DNA of 53,975 nt from an uncultured Anaerolineales bacterium (GCA_965370435.1 CBDUUP010000001.1:1-53975), one strand, 5' to 3'. Positions 44,496 to 53,742 are shown, counted from the first letter of the stretch. The notes: generated by a model from the sequence alone, not told the origin. Numbers and translations: made by a program.

Positions 44496-46214
44496 ATGTA
44501 TTCAGAGCCAAACACCACCGTCACACCGCCCATGGACCAGCAAGTTTCCCGCCTCAGCAAGCTGGCCGACCAGATCAGCCAATCCTTGCAATCCCAGGTC
44601 AAGGGTCTCCCCAAGGGCGTGACCGAAAGCCTGGCCCAGCTTTCCGGAAGTCTGACCCGCATGAGCCGCCAGATCGCCCAGCAGCAAGAAGAGCGCACCA
44701 ACCTGATGGCCCTGGCCGATATCGGACAGGTGGTCAACTCCTCTCTGGACATCAACGACGTACTGCGCATTGTGATGGATACCATCGTGCGCCTCACCGG
44801 AGCCGAGCGCGGCTTCCTGATGCTGCGGGACGAGAACGGCGAACTGACCATCCGCATGGCCCGCAACTGGGAGCGAGAGTCGATCAACCCCTCCGAGTTC
44901 GCCATCAGCGGCACCATCATCAACCGGGTCGCTACCGAGGGCAGGCCGGTGCTCACCACCAACGCCCAGGAAGACCCCCGCTTCGGCGGCCAGGAGAGCA
45001 TCGTCGCCTATAACCTGCGCTCCATCTTGTGCGTGCCTCTCAAGGTGAAGGACGAACTGACCGGGGTGATCTATACCGACAACCGGGTCCGCACCGGCCT
45101 CTTCACTGAAGTCGAACGCGACCTGCTGATGGCTTTCGCCAACCAGGCCGCAGTCGCCATCCAGAACGCCCGCTTGTTCGAGTCGGTGCGCGAAACCCTG
45201 GCCGAAGTGACCCAACTCAAGAACTTGATGGAAAACATCTTTGCCTCCATTGCCAGCGGGGTGATCACCGCCGACGTACACGACAACATCTTACTTTGCA
45301 ACCGCGCCGCAGAGACCATCCTGGGACGCTCCGAAGAGGAACTGGTGGGCAACCAGTTGGTCGCCATGCTGCCGCCTTTGGCCCCCCACCTTTCCGGTCC
45401 CTTCTCCACCGTGCAGGAGACCGACGAGGCCATCATCGGCCTGGAGATCAACCCCACCCTGTCGGACCGCGGCCCGGTGGATCTGCGCTTCAATATCTCT
45501 CCCCTCAAAGACGCCGACCAGAAAACCCAGGGCGTCGCCATCGTGTTGGACGACCTGACCGAGCGCAAAGTCCTGGAAGCCCAGCGCCGCCTGCTTCATG
45601 TGATGATCTCCCCGGCGGTCATTGACCAGTTGAACCCCGACGAAATGCAGTTGGGCGGCAAACGGGTCGAGATCACCACCATGTTCGCCGACGTGCGCGG
45701 TTTCACCAGTTTCAGCGAGAAACACGATCCTGAAAAATTGGTTTCTATATTGAACATGTACCTGGCTGCGGGCGCGGAAGCCGTCCTGGCCCAGGAAGGG
45801 GCCTTGGACAAATTCCTGGGCGACGCGGTGATGGCCTGGTTCAACCACCCCATCCCCCAGCCCGACCACACCCTCCGGGCCGTGCGGGCCGCCCTGGCCA
45901 TAAGCGAAGGCGTCAAAGCCGTCCACAAGCAATTGCCCAAAGAATTCCATCTCTCTTACGGGGTAGGCATACACTTTGGCGACGCAGTGGTAGGCTGGGT
46001 GGGCACCGAAACCCGCCTGGACTACACCGCCATTGGAGACAGCGTGAACACCGCCAAACGCATCCAGGAAAACTCAGCCCCCAGCCAAATCCTGATAAGC
46101 TCACAGGCCTACGAACTGGTCAAAAATGAAGTCGCCGTCCGGGAAGTAGACCCCGTGACCGCCAAGGGCAAGAGCAAGCCTTTGCAGGTGTATGAGGTGG
46201 TGGGGTTGAAATGA
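44496..46214 (+). CDS. GAF-PAS-class III adenylate/guanylate cyclase
   Basis: A GAF segment (ERGFLMLRDENGEL), then a PAS segment, then the cyclase motifs TTMFADVRGFTSFSE, KFLGDAVMAWF and DYTAIGDSVNTAKRIQ. ATG 44496 chosen. TTG 44442 is the alternative. Confidence 0.85.
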   Translation: MYSEPNTTVTPPMDQQVSRLSKLADQISQSLQSQVKGLPKGVTESLAQLSGSLTRMSRQIAQQQEERTNLMALADIGQVVNSSLDINDVLRIVMDTIVRLTGAERGFLMLRDENGELTIRMARNWERESINPSEFAISGTIINRVATEGRPVLTTNAQEDPRFGGQESIVAYNLRSILCVPLKVKDELTGVIYTDNRVRTGLFTEVERDLLMAFANQAAVAIQNARLFESVRETLAEVTQLKNLMENIFASIASGVITADVHDNILLCNRAAETILGRSEEELVGNQLVAMLPPLAPHLSGPFSTVQETDEAIIGLEINPTLSDRGPVDLRFNISPLKDADQKTQGVAIVLDDLTERKVLEAQRRLLHVMISPAVIDQLNPDEMQLGGKRVEITTMFADVRGFTSFSEKHDPEKLVSILNMYLAAGAEAVLAQEGALDKFLGDAVMAWFNHPIPQPDHTLRAVRAALAISEGVKAVHKQLPKEFHLSYGVGIHFGDAVVGWVGTETRLDYTAIGDSVNTAKRIQENSAPSQILISSQAYELVKNEVAVREVDPVTAKGKSKPLQVYEVVGLK

Positions 46215-46215
46215 G

Positions 46216-46313
46216 GAACAAGTAAACAAGTGTGCAAGTATGCAAGTGAACAGGGAAACAAGTACACAAGGAAACAGGGAAAACGGTTGAGGTTCTCTTT
46301 TGGAACATCATAT
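46216..46313. repeat. right inverted arm flanking the cyclase gene (B4)
   Basis: Starts 1 nt after the stop codon. It holds caagt/cagggaaac tiles followed by cagggaaaacggttgaggttctcttttggaacatcatat. Confidence 0.65.
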
Positions 46314-46317
46314 TTTC

Positions 46318-46415
46318 CGTAGGGGCGCAGCGTTGCTTCAGTCGATCACGGGCCAAATCCTAGCCAGCCAATCTCATAACCCCGTAGGAGCGCAACGTTG
46401 CTGCGCCCGGTCACG
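46318..46415. repeat. two tandem GC hairpin repeats (D3, D4)
   Basis: cgtaggggcgcagcgttgcttcagtcgatcacgg and cgtaggagcgcaacgttgctgcgcccggtcacgg, with starts 65 nt apart. Confidence 0.65.
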
Positions 46416-46425
46416 GCTCCCCCAT

Positions 46426-46471
46426 CGTTCAACGTTAAACCTACAACCTTCCAACGTTCAACCTTCCAACG
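46426..46471. repeat. AACGTT tile patch (A5)
   Basis: cgttcaacgttaaacctacaaccttccaacgttcaaccttccaacg. Confidence 0.65.
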
Positions 46472-46475
46472 CCCC

Positions 46476-49001
46476 TCATTTTCCGTCCCAATCGCCAGAG
46501 AGGGGAACCAGGCCCGCTCCTCCATAGATGAAGGTTTCATCCGGGGGGCCGATGGAATTGGTGTTGCGCAGGTAGATCAGGCCCTCTTTATAGATGCCCA
46601 CCGTATCCACGCCATCGCTGTCCCAGTCGCCGACCAGAGGAGCCGCATTTTTCAGGTGTTTGTTGGAAAGAACGATGTCGGCTGGCCCATTGCTGTTGGC
46701 ATTGCGGAGTTTGAACTTCCCGTTGACCGGGTCGAAGGTGCCGATGGTGTCCATCCCGTCGCCATCCCAGTCGCCAGCGAGGGGCGTGAGTCCCGCCTCT
46801 CCAAAAGTGAACCTCCCGTCCGGTCTGCCGATGGAATTGCTGTTGCGGAGGAGAACTTCGCCATCCCGGTAGATGCCGATAGTGTCCACCCCGTCGCCGT
46901 CCCAGTCGCCCACGATGGGCTGCGCGCCGATCAATTTGAGGTGGGTGAGGGTGATGTCAGCCAAGCCCGCGTCGTTGCTGTTGCGCAGGCGGAACTCTCC
47001 ATTGACCGGATCGAACACCCCAATAGAGTCGGCTCCGTCGCCGTCCCAATCCCCGCTGAGGGGGATGCCGTCGGTGATGTCGGCGGCGAAAATGAAGTCC
47101 AGGTCGGGCGCGCCAGCCTCATTGGTGTTGCGCAGTTGGAAACGCCCCTCGGCCGGGGTATAGGTCCCGATGGTGTCATCGCCCTGGAAAAGGGAGGAGA
47201 ATCCCCAAGCAGGCCCGTTGATCGAACCGCCGTAAACTCTCACTCCATCGCTGGGGCCGCCAGCCGCGCCGGATGTATCATAAATGGGATTCCCGTATCC
47301 TGTATCGAAGTGATACAGGGCGACGGTGTCCCCGTCGGTGAGGTAGGGGGCTTCGGGAACAGTGAAATTGGTGGTCCCCGGCGTCTGCCGTAAGATAGTG
47401 GAAAACCGCAGTTCTTCCAGCCAGCCATAAAAAGAAGGATGCACGTCATGGCCCAGGATGCCCTTCCAGGCCCCCACCACCAGATAGGGGTCGTATTCAT
47501 CCACTGCCACGGCATCGTCAGGATAGCTGATGTCGCCGACCGGGCCAAATCCCTCCGCCGCCAACACTCCGTCCACGAACAGCCAAAGGTGGCCGTCACT
47601 GGAATGCCGCTGCACCAGAATGTGCCGCCACTCCCCATCGGTGACCGAGGCCGGGCTGCATAGGGTGAGGGAACCGGTCCCCGGTACAGTCACGCCGAAC
47701 ACCACCTTCCCCCCCGCCAGAGAGAGGCCATATTCCGGCGTCCCATTCTGGGCGGCGCGGTTGAGGATGATGTTGCCCAGCTTCCAATCATCGTTGTCCC
47801 CACAGGCGATGGCGGGTGCGACGTTCTCTTCCGCCGCCGCCTTGAGCCAGAGTTCGATGGTGAAATCCCCGGCGCCCACGTCCACCGGCGGGCCGGGGCT
47901 GCCATCCACGGGGATGAGCAGGCGGTTTTCGGTATCCCCGGTCACCTCGTTGCTGTAGCTGCCGTTGTAGCGCAAGTTGAACCCGGCCACCGGCGGCTGG
48001 ATCACCGGCGTGAGCAGTATCCCCTCGTAAAAGTAAAACAAAATGTCGGCCCAGGATTCTCCCGCCGCGGCCATATCATTGGATTCATACTGCCCCATGC
48101 AAAAATCAATTTTCAACGCTTCACAAGAATAATTGTTGTCATTCTCAATGTCGTGATAGGTGCGGTATGAAGTGTGGGGAATAAGGCCGTCCAACGTCAT
48201 CCGCCAGTTCCAGATCCAATCCACCGCCGCGTTGGTGCTGGCATATGAGAGTGATGGGTCGTAGACCTGGTCGCAGGTGCTGTCGTACACGTCGGCATCC
48301 GACCATTTGCCGCCCCGAGCGATCCAGTGCCAGGCGTAGGTCTTGACCGCCATCCCGCCCGCCCGCAGCGATTCGCCCACCCAATAATATAGCCATTCGT
48401 TGGGCAGCACGTGCTTGACGTAATACTTGAAGTTCACCTCTACGACCACGTAATCGGTCGGGTGGCTGCAATGCGGCCAGGTGGACCCAACCAGGCCTTT
48501 GGTGACCCGCACCTTGATCGTCTCCGGCAAGGGATCGTTGAGGTTGTCTCCCGGCAGAGGCCCCTGGTCTTCTATCCATTCATCCAGGTCGGGCAAGTCG
48601 CTGCGGTCAGGAAGGCCTTCGGGCAGCACGGTGTTGACGGGTTCGTCGCCCAGTTCGACGCTCAAGATCAGGGTGTCATTTCGCACCAGGCGCACGTTGA
48701 CGATGGCCCATTCGCCGAAGCCCTCCGCAGTTACCCGCACAGTGACCGGCAAGATCTCCTCGTTCATCGGAATATCATCCCAGGAGAAACGCCCCTCGGC
48801 ATCCGTCACCCCGGCGAGGCCCAAATCATCCACCCTCACCTGCGCGCCGGAGACCGCCATCCCAGAAGCCCCCTCCACAACCTGCCCGCGCAAATCCCCA
48901 TAATAAACCTCTCCCGCCGCAGCCTGAATCGCCGGATACAAAGAGGCCAACCCCAAAACCAATACCGCCCCCACTTGAAGGAGTTTATTCACTCTACTCA
49001 T
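46476..49001 (-). CDS. large secreted protein: CarboxypepD_reg-like, SpoIID-like, LamG-like domains and C-terminal FG-GAP-type repeats
   Basis: Signal peptide present. VSGAQVRVDDLGLAGVTDAEGRFSW, then ESLRAGGMAVKTYAWHWI (SpoIID-like), then DFTIELWLK...GEWRHILVQ (LamG-like). At least five units follow the pattern GDWDGDGxDTIGxxxxxxGxFxLRNxN. Confidence 0.7.
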   Translation of the reverse strand: MSRVNKLLQVGAVLVLGLASLYPAIQAAAGEVYYGDLRGQVVEGASGMAVSGAQVRVDDLGLAGVTDAEGRFSWDDIPMNEEILPVTVRVTAEGFGEWAIVNVRLVRNDTLILSVELGDEPVNTVLPEGLPDRSDLPDLDEWIEDQGPLPGDNLNDPLPETIKVRVTKGLVGSTWPHCSHPTDYVVVEVNFKYYVKHVLPNEWLYYWVGESLRAGGMAVKTYAWHWIARGGKWSDADVYDSTCDQVYDPSLSYASTNAAVDWIWNWRMTLDGLIPHTSYRTYHDIENDNNYSCEALKIDFCMGQYESNDMAAAGESWADILFYFYEGILLTPVIQPPVAGFNLRYNGSYSNEVTGDTENRLLIPVDGSPGPPVDVGAGDFTIELWLKAAAEENVAPAIACGDNDDWKLGNIILNRAAQNGTPEYGLSLAGGKVVFGVTVPGTGSLTLCSPASVTDGEWRHILVQRHSSDGHLWLFVDGVLAAEGFGPVGDISYPDDAVAVDEYDPYLVVGAWKGILGHDVHPSFYGWLEELRFSTILRQTPGTTNFTVPEAPYLTDGDTVALYHFDTGYGNPIYDTSGAAGGPSDGVRVYGGSINGPAWGFSSLFQGDDTIGTYTPAEGRFQLRNTNEAGAPDLDFIFAADITDGIPLSGDWDGDGADSIGVFDPVNGEFRLRNSNDAGLADITLTHLKLIGAQPIVGDWDGDGVDTIGIYRDGEVLLRNSNSIGRPDGRFTFGEAGLTPLAGDWDGDGMDTIGTFDPVNGKFKLRNANSNGPADIVLSNKHLKNAAPLVGDWDSDGVDTVGIYKEGLIYLRNTNSIGPPDETFIYGGAGLVPLSGDWDGK

Positions 49002-49013
49002 CTCATCACCATT

Positions 49014-49066
49014 TGCGTTTAACGTTAGAACGTTTAAACGTTGAACGTTTTGACGTTAAAAAGTTC
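49014..49066. repeat. AACGTT tile patch (A6)
   Basis: tgcgtttaacgttagaacgtttaaacgttgaacgttttgacgttaaaa has four AACGTT copies. gtttaacgttagaacg is the inverse of cgttc-aacgttaaac at 46426-46440. Confidence 0.7.
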
Positions 49067-49110
49067 GGTCAAGTTAATTATGACCTAAAATCCCCTCCTG
49101 GGTCATGGCT

Positions 49111-49235
49111 CAGTAGTCCTAATCGTCGAAGACCTTCAACCCCATAGAACCACTTTGACCAGTAAGGCCAGTTCGACTAGCAAGACCAGTCAGACCATTA
49201 AAGACTACTCAGACAACTAAGACCACTTAGACTCT
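49111..49235. repeat. tile repeat, GACCA/AGAC word family (F2)
   Basis: gaccagtaaggccagttcgactagcaagaccagtcagaccattaaagactactcagacaactaagaccacttagactc. Confidence 0.5.
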
Positions 49236-49236
49236 T

Positions 49237-49602
49237 TTATACCCAATTCCACGCATACCAAACAGTCAGCGCATTAAGCCCAATGCCTACAATGATCAAA
49301 AATTTGTGATAGGCAGGGTAGCCAGGCAGGGAAGCGAGATTGACAAAAATAAAGATTACGCCTACGATAATGTTCGCCCAGCGATTCACAGGATCATCCA
49401 ACGTCAGGGATAAGAAAACCATAATAATCGGGATCACCATTAAAATTGCGATTCCCAACCACATTCCCTGAGACATCTTCACGCCTTCTATTTCTTGTCC
49501 CGCTTTAAAGTCGCCCGCCATGATCCGCAGCACATCCCCCCAAAGATTATTTAACATTGAAGCCACCCATAATATTGAAAGCGTTATCCTAATCTCTTCC
49601 AT
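49237..49602 (-). CDS. small four-TM membrane protein (DUF6326-like, tentative)
   Basis: 121 aa, hydrophobic, with LSILWVASMLNNLWGDVLRI at the N-terminus. Confidence 0.45.
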   Translation of the reverse strand: MEEIRITLSILWVASMLNNLWGDVLRIMAGDFKAGQEIEGVKMSQGMWLGIAILMVIPIIMVFLSLTLDDPVNRWANIIVGVIFIFVNLASLPGYPAYHKFLIIVGIGLNALTVWYAWNWV

Positions 49603-49652
49603 GATTCATTCTCCTTTTTGAATGAAAATCGTTTACCCTATTCGCTGCTATT

Positions 49653-50627
49653 CTATTCCACAGTGATGACGATCTTTCCTTCGGCGTGTCCTTCCCCAAA
49701 ATACCGGAAGGCTTCAGCAGTCTCACTAAGCGGGTAACGTCTATCGATAACCGGGACGATCTTACCGGCTTCGAGAAGCTCCTTCACCACAACCAAATCT
49801 TCTTGGCTTTGTATTGCCGGCCCTGAACCCTTTAATTGCTTGCCCCCCTTCTTTGACATCAAGGGTCCCAGGAGCATGGTTTTGAAGATATGCGATATCG
49901 GGCCGCCAATACAGACATAAGTTCCCGTGGGGCTTAATGCGCGCTTAATATCTGAAAGCGGAGGATTTCCATTTGCGCCAATGATCAAGTCATACGCCTT
50001 CCCATTTTGAGTGAAATCTTCTTGAGTGTAATCAATGGCATGGTCTGCCCCAATTGAGCGCGCCATCTCCATTTTCCCGGTACTGCACACCGCAGTGACT
50101 TCAGTCCCATACGATTTGGCGATCTGCACTGCAAACGTCCCCACGCCGCCAGATGCGCCATTCACCAAAACCTTTTGCCCGGCCTGAATTTGTCCTGTAT
50201 CGCGAATACATTGCAGAGCGACGACCGCCGACACAGGCGCGGCTGCGGCTTCCTCGAACGATATATTGGACGGTTTCAACGCCAATACATTTTCAGGGAC
50301 CGCTACATACTCAGCATAACCGCCCTTGCCAGACCAGGATATGTCCCCGAATACCTCATCGCCGGGTTGAAACTGCTCTGCGTTTTTGCCAACCGCTTCT
50401 ACCCGCCCCGCTGCGTCCATGCCGAGTATCTCGTCTTTTGGTTTTAGAAAGCCATCCGTTAGGCGGACCATGAACGGTTTACCGGTCATGGCATACCAGT
50501 CGCCTTTATTTAGGGCTGCCGCATGGATTTTTATCAAGACTTCATTGTCTTTGGGAGCAGGCTTTTCTACCTCTTGAAGCTGTAGGACATCCGGCGGCCC
50601 GTATTCTTCACATACAATTGCTTTCAT
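49653..50627 (-). CDS. MDR-superfamily NAD(P)H quinone oxidoreductase/alcohol dehydrogenase-like (copy 1)
   Basis: 324 aa with a GroES-like N-terminus and a VLVNGASGGVGTFAVQIAK Rossmann motif. Confidence 0.85.
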   Translation of the reverse strand: MKAIVCEEYGPPDVLQLQEVEKPAPKDNEVLIKIHAAALNKGDWYAMTGKPFMVRLTDGFLKPKDEILGMDAAGRVEAVGKNAEQFQPGDEVFGDISWSGKGGYAEYVAVPENVLALKPSNISFEEAAAAPVSAVVALQCIRDTGQIQAGQKVLVNGASGGVGTFAVQIAKSYGTEVTAVCSTGKMEMARSIGADHAIDYTQEDFTQNGKAYDLIIGANGNPPLSDIKRALSPTGTYVCIGGPISHIFKTMLLGPLMSKKGGKQLKGSGPAIQSQEDLVVVKELLEAGKIVPVIDRRYPLSETAEAFRYFGEGHAEGKIVITVE

Positions 50628-50703
50628 TTTATTCTCCTTTTTTAAATATCATCATTTAATCTTCGTTCCTATCTGTTTTGGCTGACTCGGAAACGATTGC
50701 GGA

Positions 50704-51372
50704 TCAATTGAATCCTTTCACGATCAGCCATACCCCTAGAACTACTTCGTATGGCAGGTATAGCAGGCCCACTACCATAGCGGGACTGAATTTAGGATTG
50801 TATAACACCAGCAGGACAGCTATTGTCATCAGGCAAACTGCTATAAGTCCCCAGAGAGCCAATGCCGTTGGAACAACTCCTGATACATAAAGCAGGTAAT
50901 ACCAAAGGATTCCGCCCAGGCAGAAGAACCACATATGGATATCGTATCCCTGCCTATCAACGCCGTTATACAAGAAACGGCCCAGCGTTTGGTAGGGGGA
51001 TGCTTCGGGCGCTCCCGCCTCAACGAATTCCTGGCTCAAAGGTATCAGCGCGTAAGTCCCTATCTTGCTCATGGCAAGCGTTATCCCTTCGGCCATAAAA
51101 CACCCCAGGGCGACAAGCGAGATGATGGGGTACTTTTCGTAAAAGACGATATAAAACATGACCCCCAGGATAAGAATTGCAGCGCTGTTAACCAGCGCGA
51201 CCAAATTGCTGACCCGCAGCCGGTTAAGGTTTTTTGAAACATTCACCAGGATATCGGATGTACTGCCAGATCCAACGACCGATATCAGCAGGCGTTCACT
51301 GACCATACTGGCGGCAAAAACAAGCAATTGCGCCGCGCCTAAAAGCCTGACGGTATTCATATCTATGTTCAC
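50704..51372 (-). CDS. polytopic membrane protein, DUF4386-like
   Basis: 222 aa with about six TM helices. The N-terminal part LLGAAQLLVFAASMV...LRVSNLVALV is typical of that family. Confidence 0.5.
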   Translation of the reverse strand: MNIDMNTVRLLGAAQLLVFAASMVSERLLISVVGSGSTSDILVNVSKNLNRLRVSNLVALVNSAAILILGVMFYIVFYEKYPIISLVALGCFMAEGITLAMSKIGTYALIPLSQEFVEAGAPEASPYQTLGRFLYNGVDRQGYDIHMWFFCLGGILWYYLLYVSGVVPTALALWGLIAVCLMTIAVLLVLYNPKFSPAMVVGLLYLPYEVVLGVWLIVKGFN

Positions 51373-51458
51373 GTTTATGCTCCTTTTTGACTATTCCGAG
51401 GTTGGCGTAATCTTACGCTTACCATATAACAGCCCAGTGGCATTGGCGTCATATTCCT

Positions 51459-52430
51459 TCACATAGTGATGACGACTTTTCCTTGGGCGTGTCCTTTTTC
51501 GTAATAGCGGATAGCTTCAGGGACCTCACTTAGCGGGTAACGTCTATCTATAACCGGCGTTACTTTACCGGCTTCAATAAGCTCTTTCAAAAAAACCAGA
51601 TCCTTATGGTTTGGTTCACCACCGTAATAAACAAATTTCTTATCCCCGGTCTTTGAAATCCTTGGCCCTAGGAACAAAACGCCCAACATTGCAGCTATAG
51701 TAAATCCGCACAGGACATAAATTCCCGTGGGACTTAATGAATGTTGATAATCCGAAACCGAACCTTTGACCGCAATATCAAAGATCAGATCATACTGCCG
51801 CCCATTTTTGGTGAAATCTTCTTGAGTGTAATCAATAACATGGTCAGCGCCAATCGAGCGCAGCAGGTCCAAATTCCTAGCGCTGCACACACCGGTTACT
51901 TCAGCTCCAAACGACTTGGCAATCTGTACCGCAAACGTGCCAATACCGCCAGAGGCGCCAATGATCAAAACCTTTTGCTCCGGCTGAATCTGTCCGTGAT
52001 CGCGAAGGCCTTGCAAGGCGGTGACTGCGGCTGAAGGTACGGCGGCGGCTTCCTCAAAGGTCAAATTAGCCGGTTTTATTGCCAGAGCGCGTTCTTCAGA
52101 CAGACATATATACTCGGCAAAAGCGCCCAGGCCATCGCTGTATAGGTCCCCGAATATCTCATCACCGGGTTGATACTGCTTTACGTTGCTGCCAACCGCT
52201 TCAACCTGGCCCGCCAGGTCAACGCCGAGCATCTTGTTCTTGGGTTTTAGAAACCCGCCCGTGAAGCGGATAAAGAACGGGTTAGCTCTCAGGGCGCGCC
52301 AGTCAGGCGCATTTACGGACGCCGCATGAACTTTTACCAAGACTTCATTGTCTTTAGGGATAGGTTTTTCTATCTCTTTGAATTGAAGAACATCCGGCGA
52401 TCCGTATTTTTCATATACCATTGCTTTCAT
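51459..52430 (-). CDS. MDR-superfamily oxidoreductase (copy 2, paralogue of 49653-50627)
   Basis: 323 aa with VLIIGASGGIGTFAVQIAK. Roughly 60% identical to copy 1 by eye over the N-terminal 100 aa. Confidence 0.85.
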   Translation of the reverse strand: MKAMVYEKYGSPDVLQFKEIEKPIPKDNEVLVKVHAASVNAPDWRALRANPFFIRFTGGFLKPKNKMLGVDLAGQVEAVGSNVKQYQPGDEIFGDLYSDGLGAFAEYICLSEERALAIKPANLTFEEAAAVPSAAVTALQGLRDHGQIQPEQKVLIIGASGGIGTFAVQIAKSFGAEVTGVCSARNLDLLRSIGADHVIDYTQEDFTKNGRQYDLIFDIAVKGSVSDYQHSLSPTGIYVLCGFTIAAMLGVLFLGPRISKTGDKKFVYYGGEPNHKDLVFLKELIEAGKVTPVIDRRYPLSEVPEAIRYYEKGHAQGKVVITM

Positions 52431-52503
52431 TGTATTCTCCTTTTAAAAATGGTTCTCAATCGCCGAGAGCAGGGACAACCGTGAGGATGCCCGCCGCACC
52501 CAT

Positions 52504-52878
52504 CTATCTCGTGTACACTAGAAAGAACTGAGCCATAGCCAGCAAGAAATACGTTATCGCCATTGCGGGCGTATCAATAAAGACAGCCCAAAGGCTGAAG
52601 ATGGCCCCGGCAAGGAGACCGTAGACCGCCAATGGCCCTCGACTGAGGATAGCGATGCCAACTAGCTCTTGAAATACGAAAAGCAGTATGGTGAAGAACT
52701 TTGTGCGAGGCAGGACAACCGATTTGAGGAATCGCCGCGATAGAGCCAGCCAAGCGCCGCTGGCAAATCTTCCATGTCCATGCTTCCAATGATAGAAGAA
52801 GTTGCCAATCCCGCCGAATAAAAAGGCCAGCCCGAATCCGATCTCAAACAAATTCTGAGCGCTTTCGCTTATCTCCAT
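52504..52878 (-). CDS. small membrane protein (DoxX-like?, tentative)
   Basis: ATG 52878 is preceded by AGGAG. Four hydrophobic helices. Confidence 0.4.
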   Translation of the reverse strand: MEISESAQNLFEIGFGLAFLFGGIGNFFYHWKHGHGRFASGAWLALSRRFLKSVVLPRTKFFTILLFVFQELVGIAILSRGPLAVYGLLAGAIFSLWAVFIDTPAMAITYFLLAMAQFFLVYTR

Positions 52879-53022
52879 GTCATCTCCTAAAGATATTTGG
52901 TCGCCGATTTGGCGCAATGTTAAACAATGACAGATGACGACGAAATCGGAGCATTGGGTCAGGGGTAAGCCCCTCTCCCCAATACTCCGTTTCGCCGTTG
53001 AGTCTTGAAATCGAAAAGGTTA

Positions 53023-53742
53023 CTACGCCGCCGCGCTTGGCTTACTGCGCAACATGACGATCCCCAGCCATATCATCCACACGATCTTACCCAGCCCAAA
53101 AACGGCCACAAACGCCAGGAAGAAAGCCGGGATAGCTGAAAGGATACCCGCCACACCGAGGACCACGCCAAGGTAGTTCAGCGCCTTGGGAAGCTCTCCT
53201 GCCCGCAAAGCTGCCAAACTTACCAGCAGAACCCATGGGCCGCCTAGCAGCTCACCACTAGCGCCGCCTAATCCTTGAGCCACTGAGTCAATCGCCAACC
53301 AGACCGTTCCAGCTTGAGTCGGGTCTGTGCCATAGAGATCGATGACAATGCCCATGCCGAAGTTTGAGATCATGCCGTAAGCAATGAGCACGGTGGCCCA
53401 GATAAGCCCGATGACAGTCGCGGTTTGCGCCAATCTAGGTGAGCCGGCTTTCAAGCGCTCGTAGAGCGCCAGCGACAGGACAACCAGAAAGAAGCCGAAG
53501 ACAATATAGGCGATCAGGTTCAATATGTAAATGAAGCCCTGGTTGTCCACAAGTGAAGCCACCTTCTCGATAAGAGTGAAATCACCAAGAGTGTCCAACA
53601 CAACGACATACCCCACCATTGCAATCACGTATGCTGCTGCCGAGTACAGTGCGGCAATGCCGCCCAACTTCTGTAAATTCTTCTTTTTTTTCTCCTTTTT
53701 TGTATACCTAAATATAGCACGAATGTATATCTGGATTGTCAC
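53023..53742 (-). CDS. polytopic membrane protein, DUF4386-like (second copy; start uncertain)
   Basis: The hydrophobic body starts at LGGIAALYSAAAYVIAMVGYVV. The Lys-rich N-terminal stretch is probably not translated. Confidence 0.45.
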   Translation of the reverse strand: MTIQIYIRAIFRYTKKEKKKKNLQKLGGIAALYSAAAYVIAMVGYVVVLDTLGDFTLIEKVASLVDNQGFIYILNLIAYIVFGFFLVVLSLALYERLKAGSPRLAQTATVIGLIWATVLIAYGMISNFGMGIVIDLYGTDPTQAGTVWLAIDSVAQGLGGASGELLGGPWVLLVSLAALRAGELPKALNYLGVVLGVAGILSAIPAFFLAFVAVFGLGKIVWMIWLGIVMLRSKPSAAA

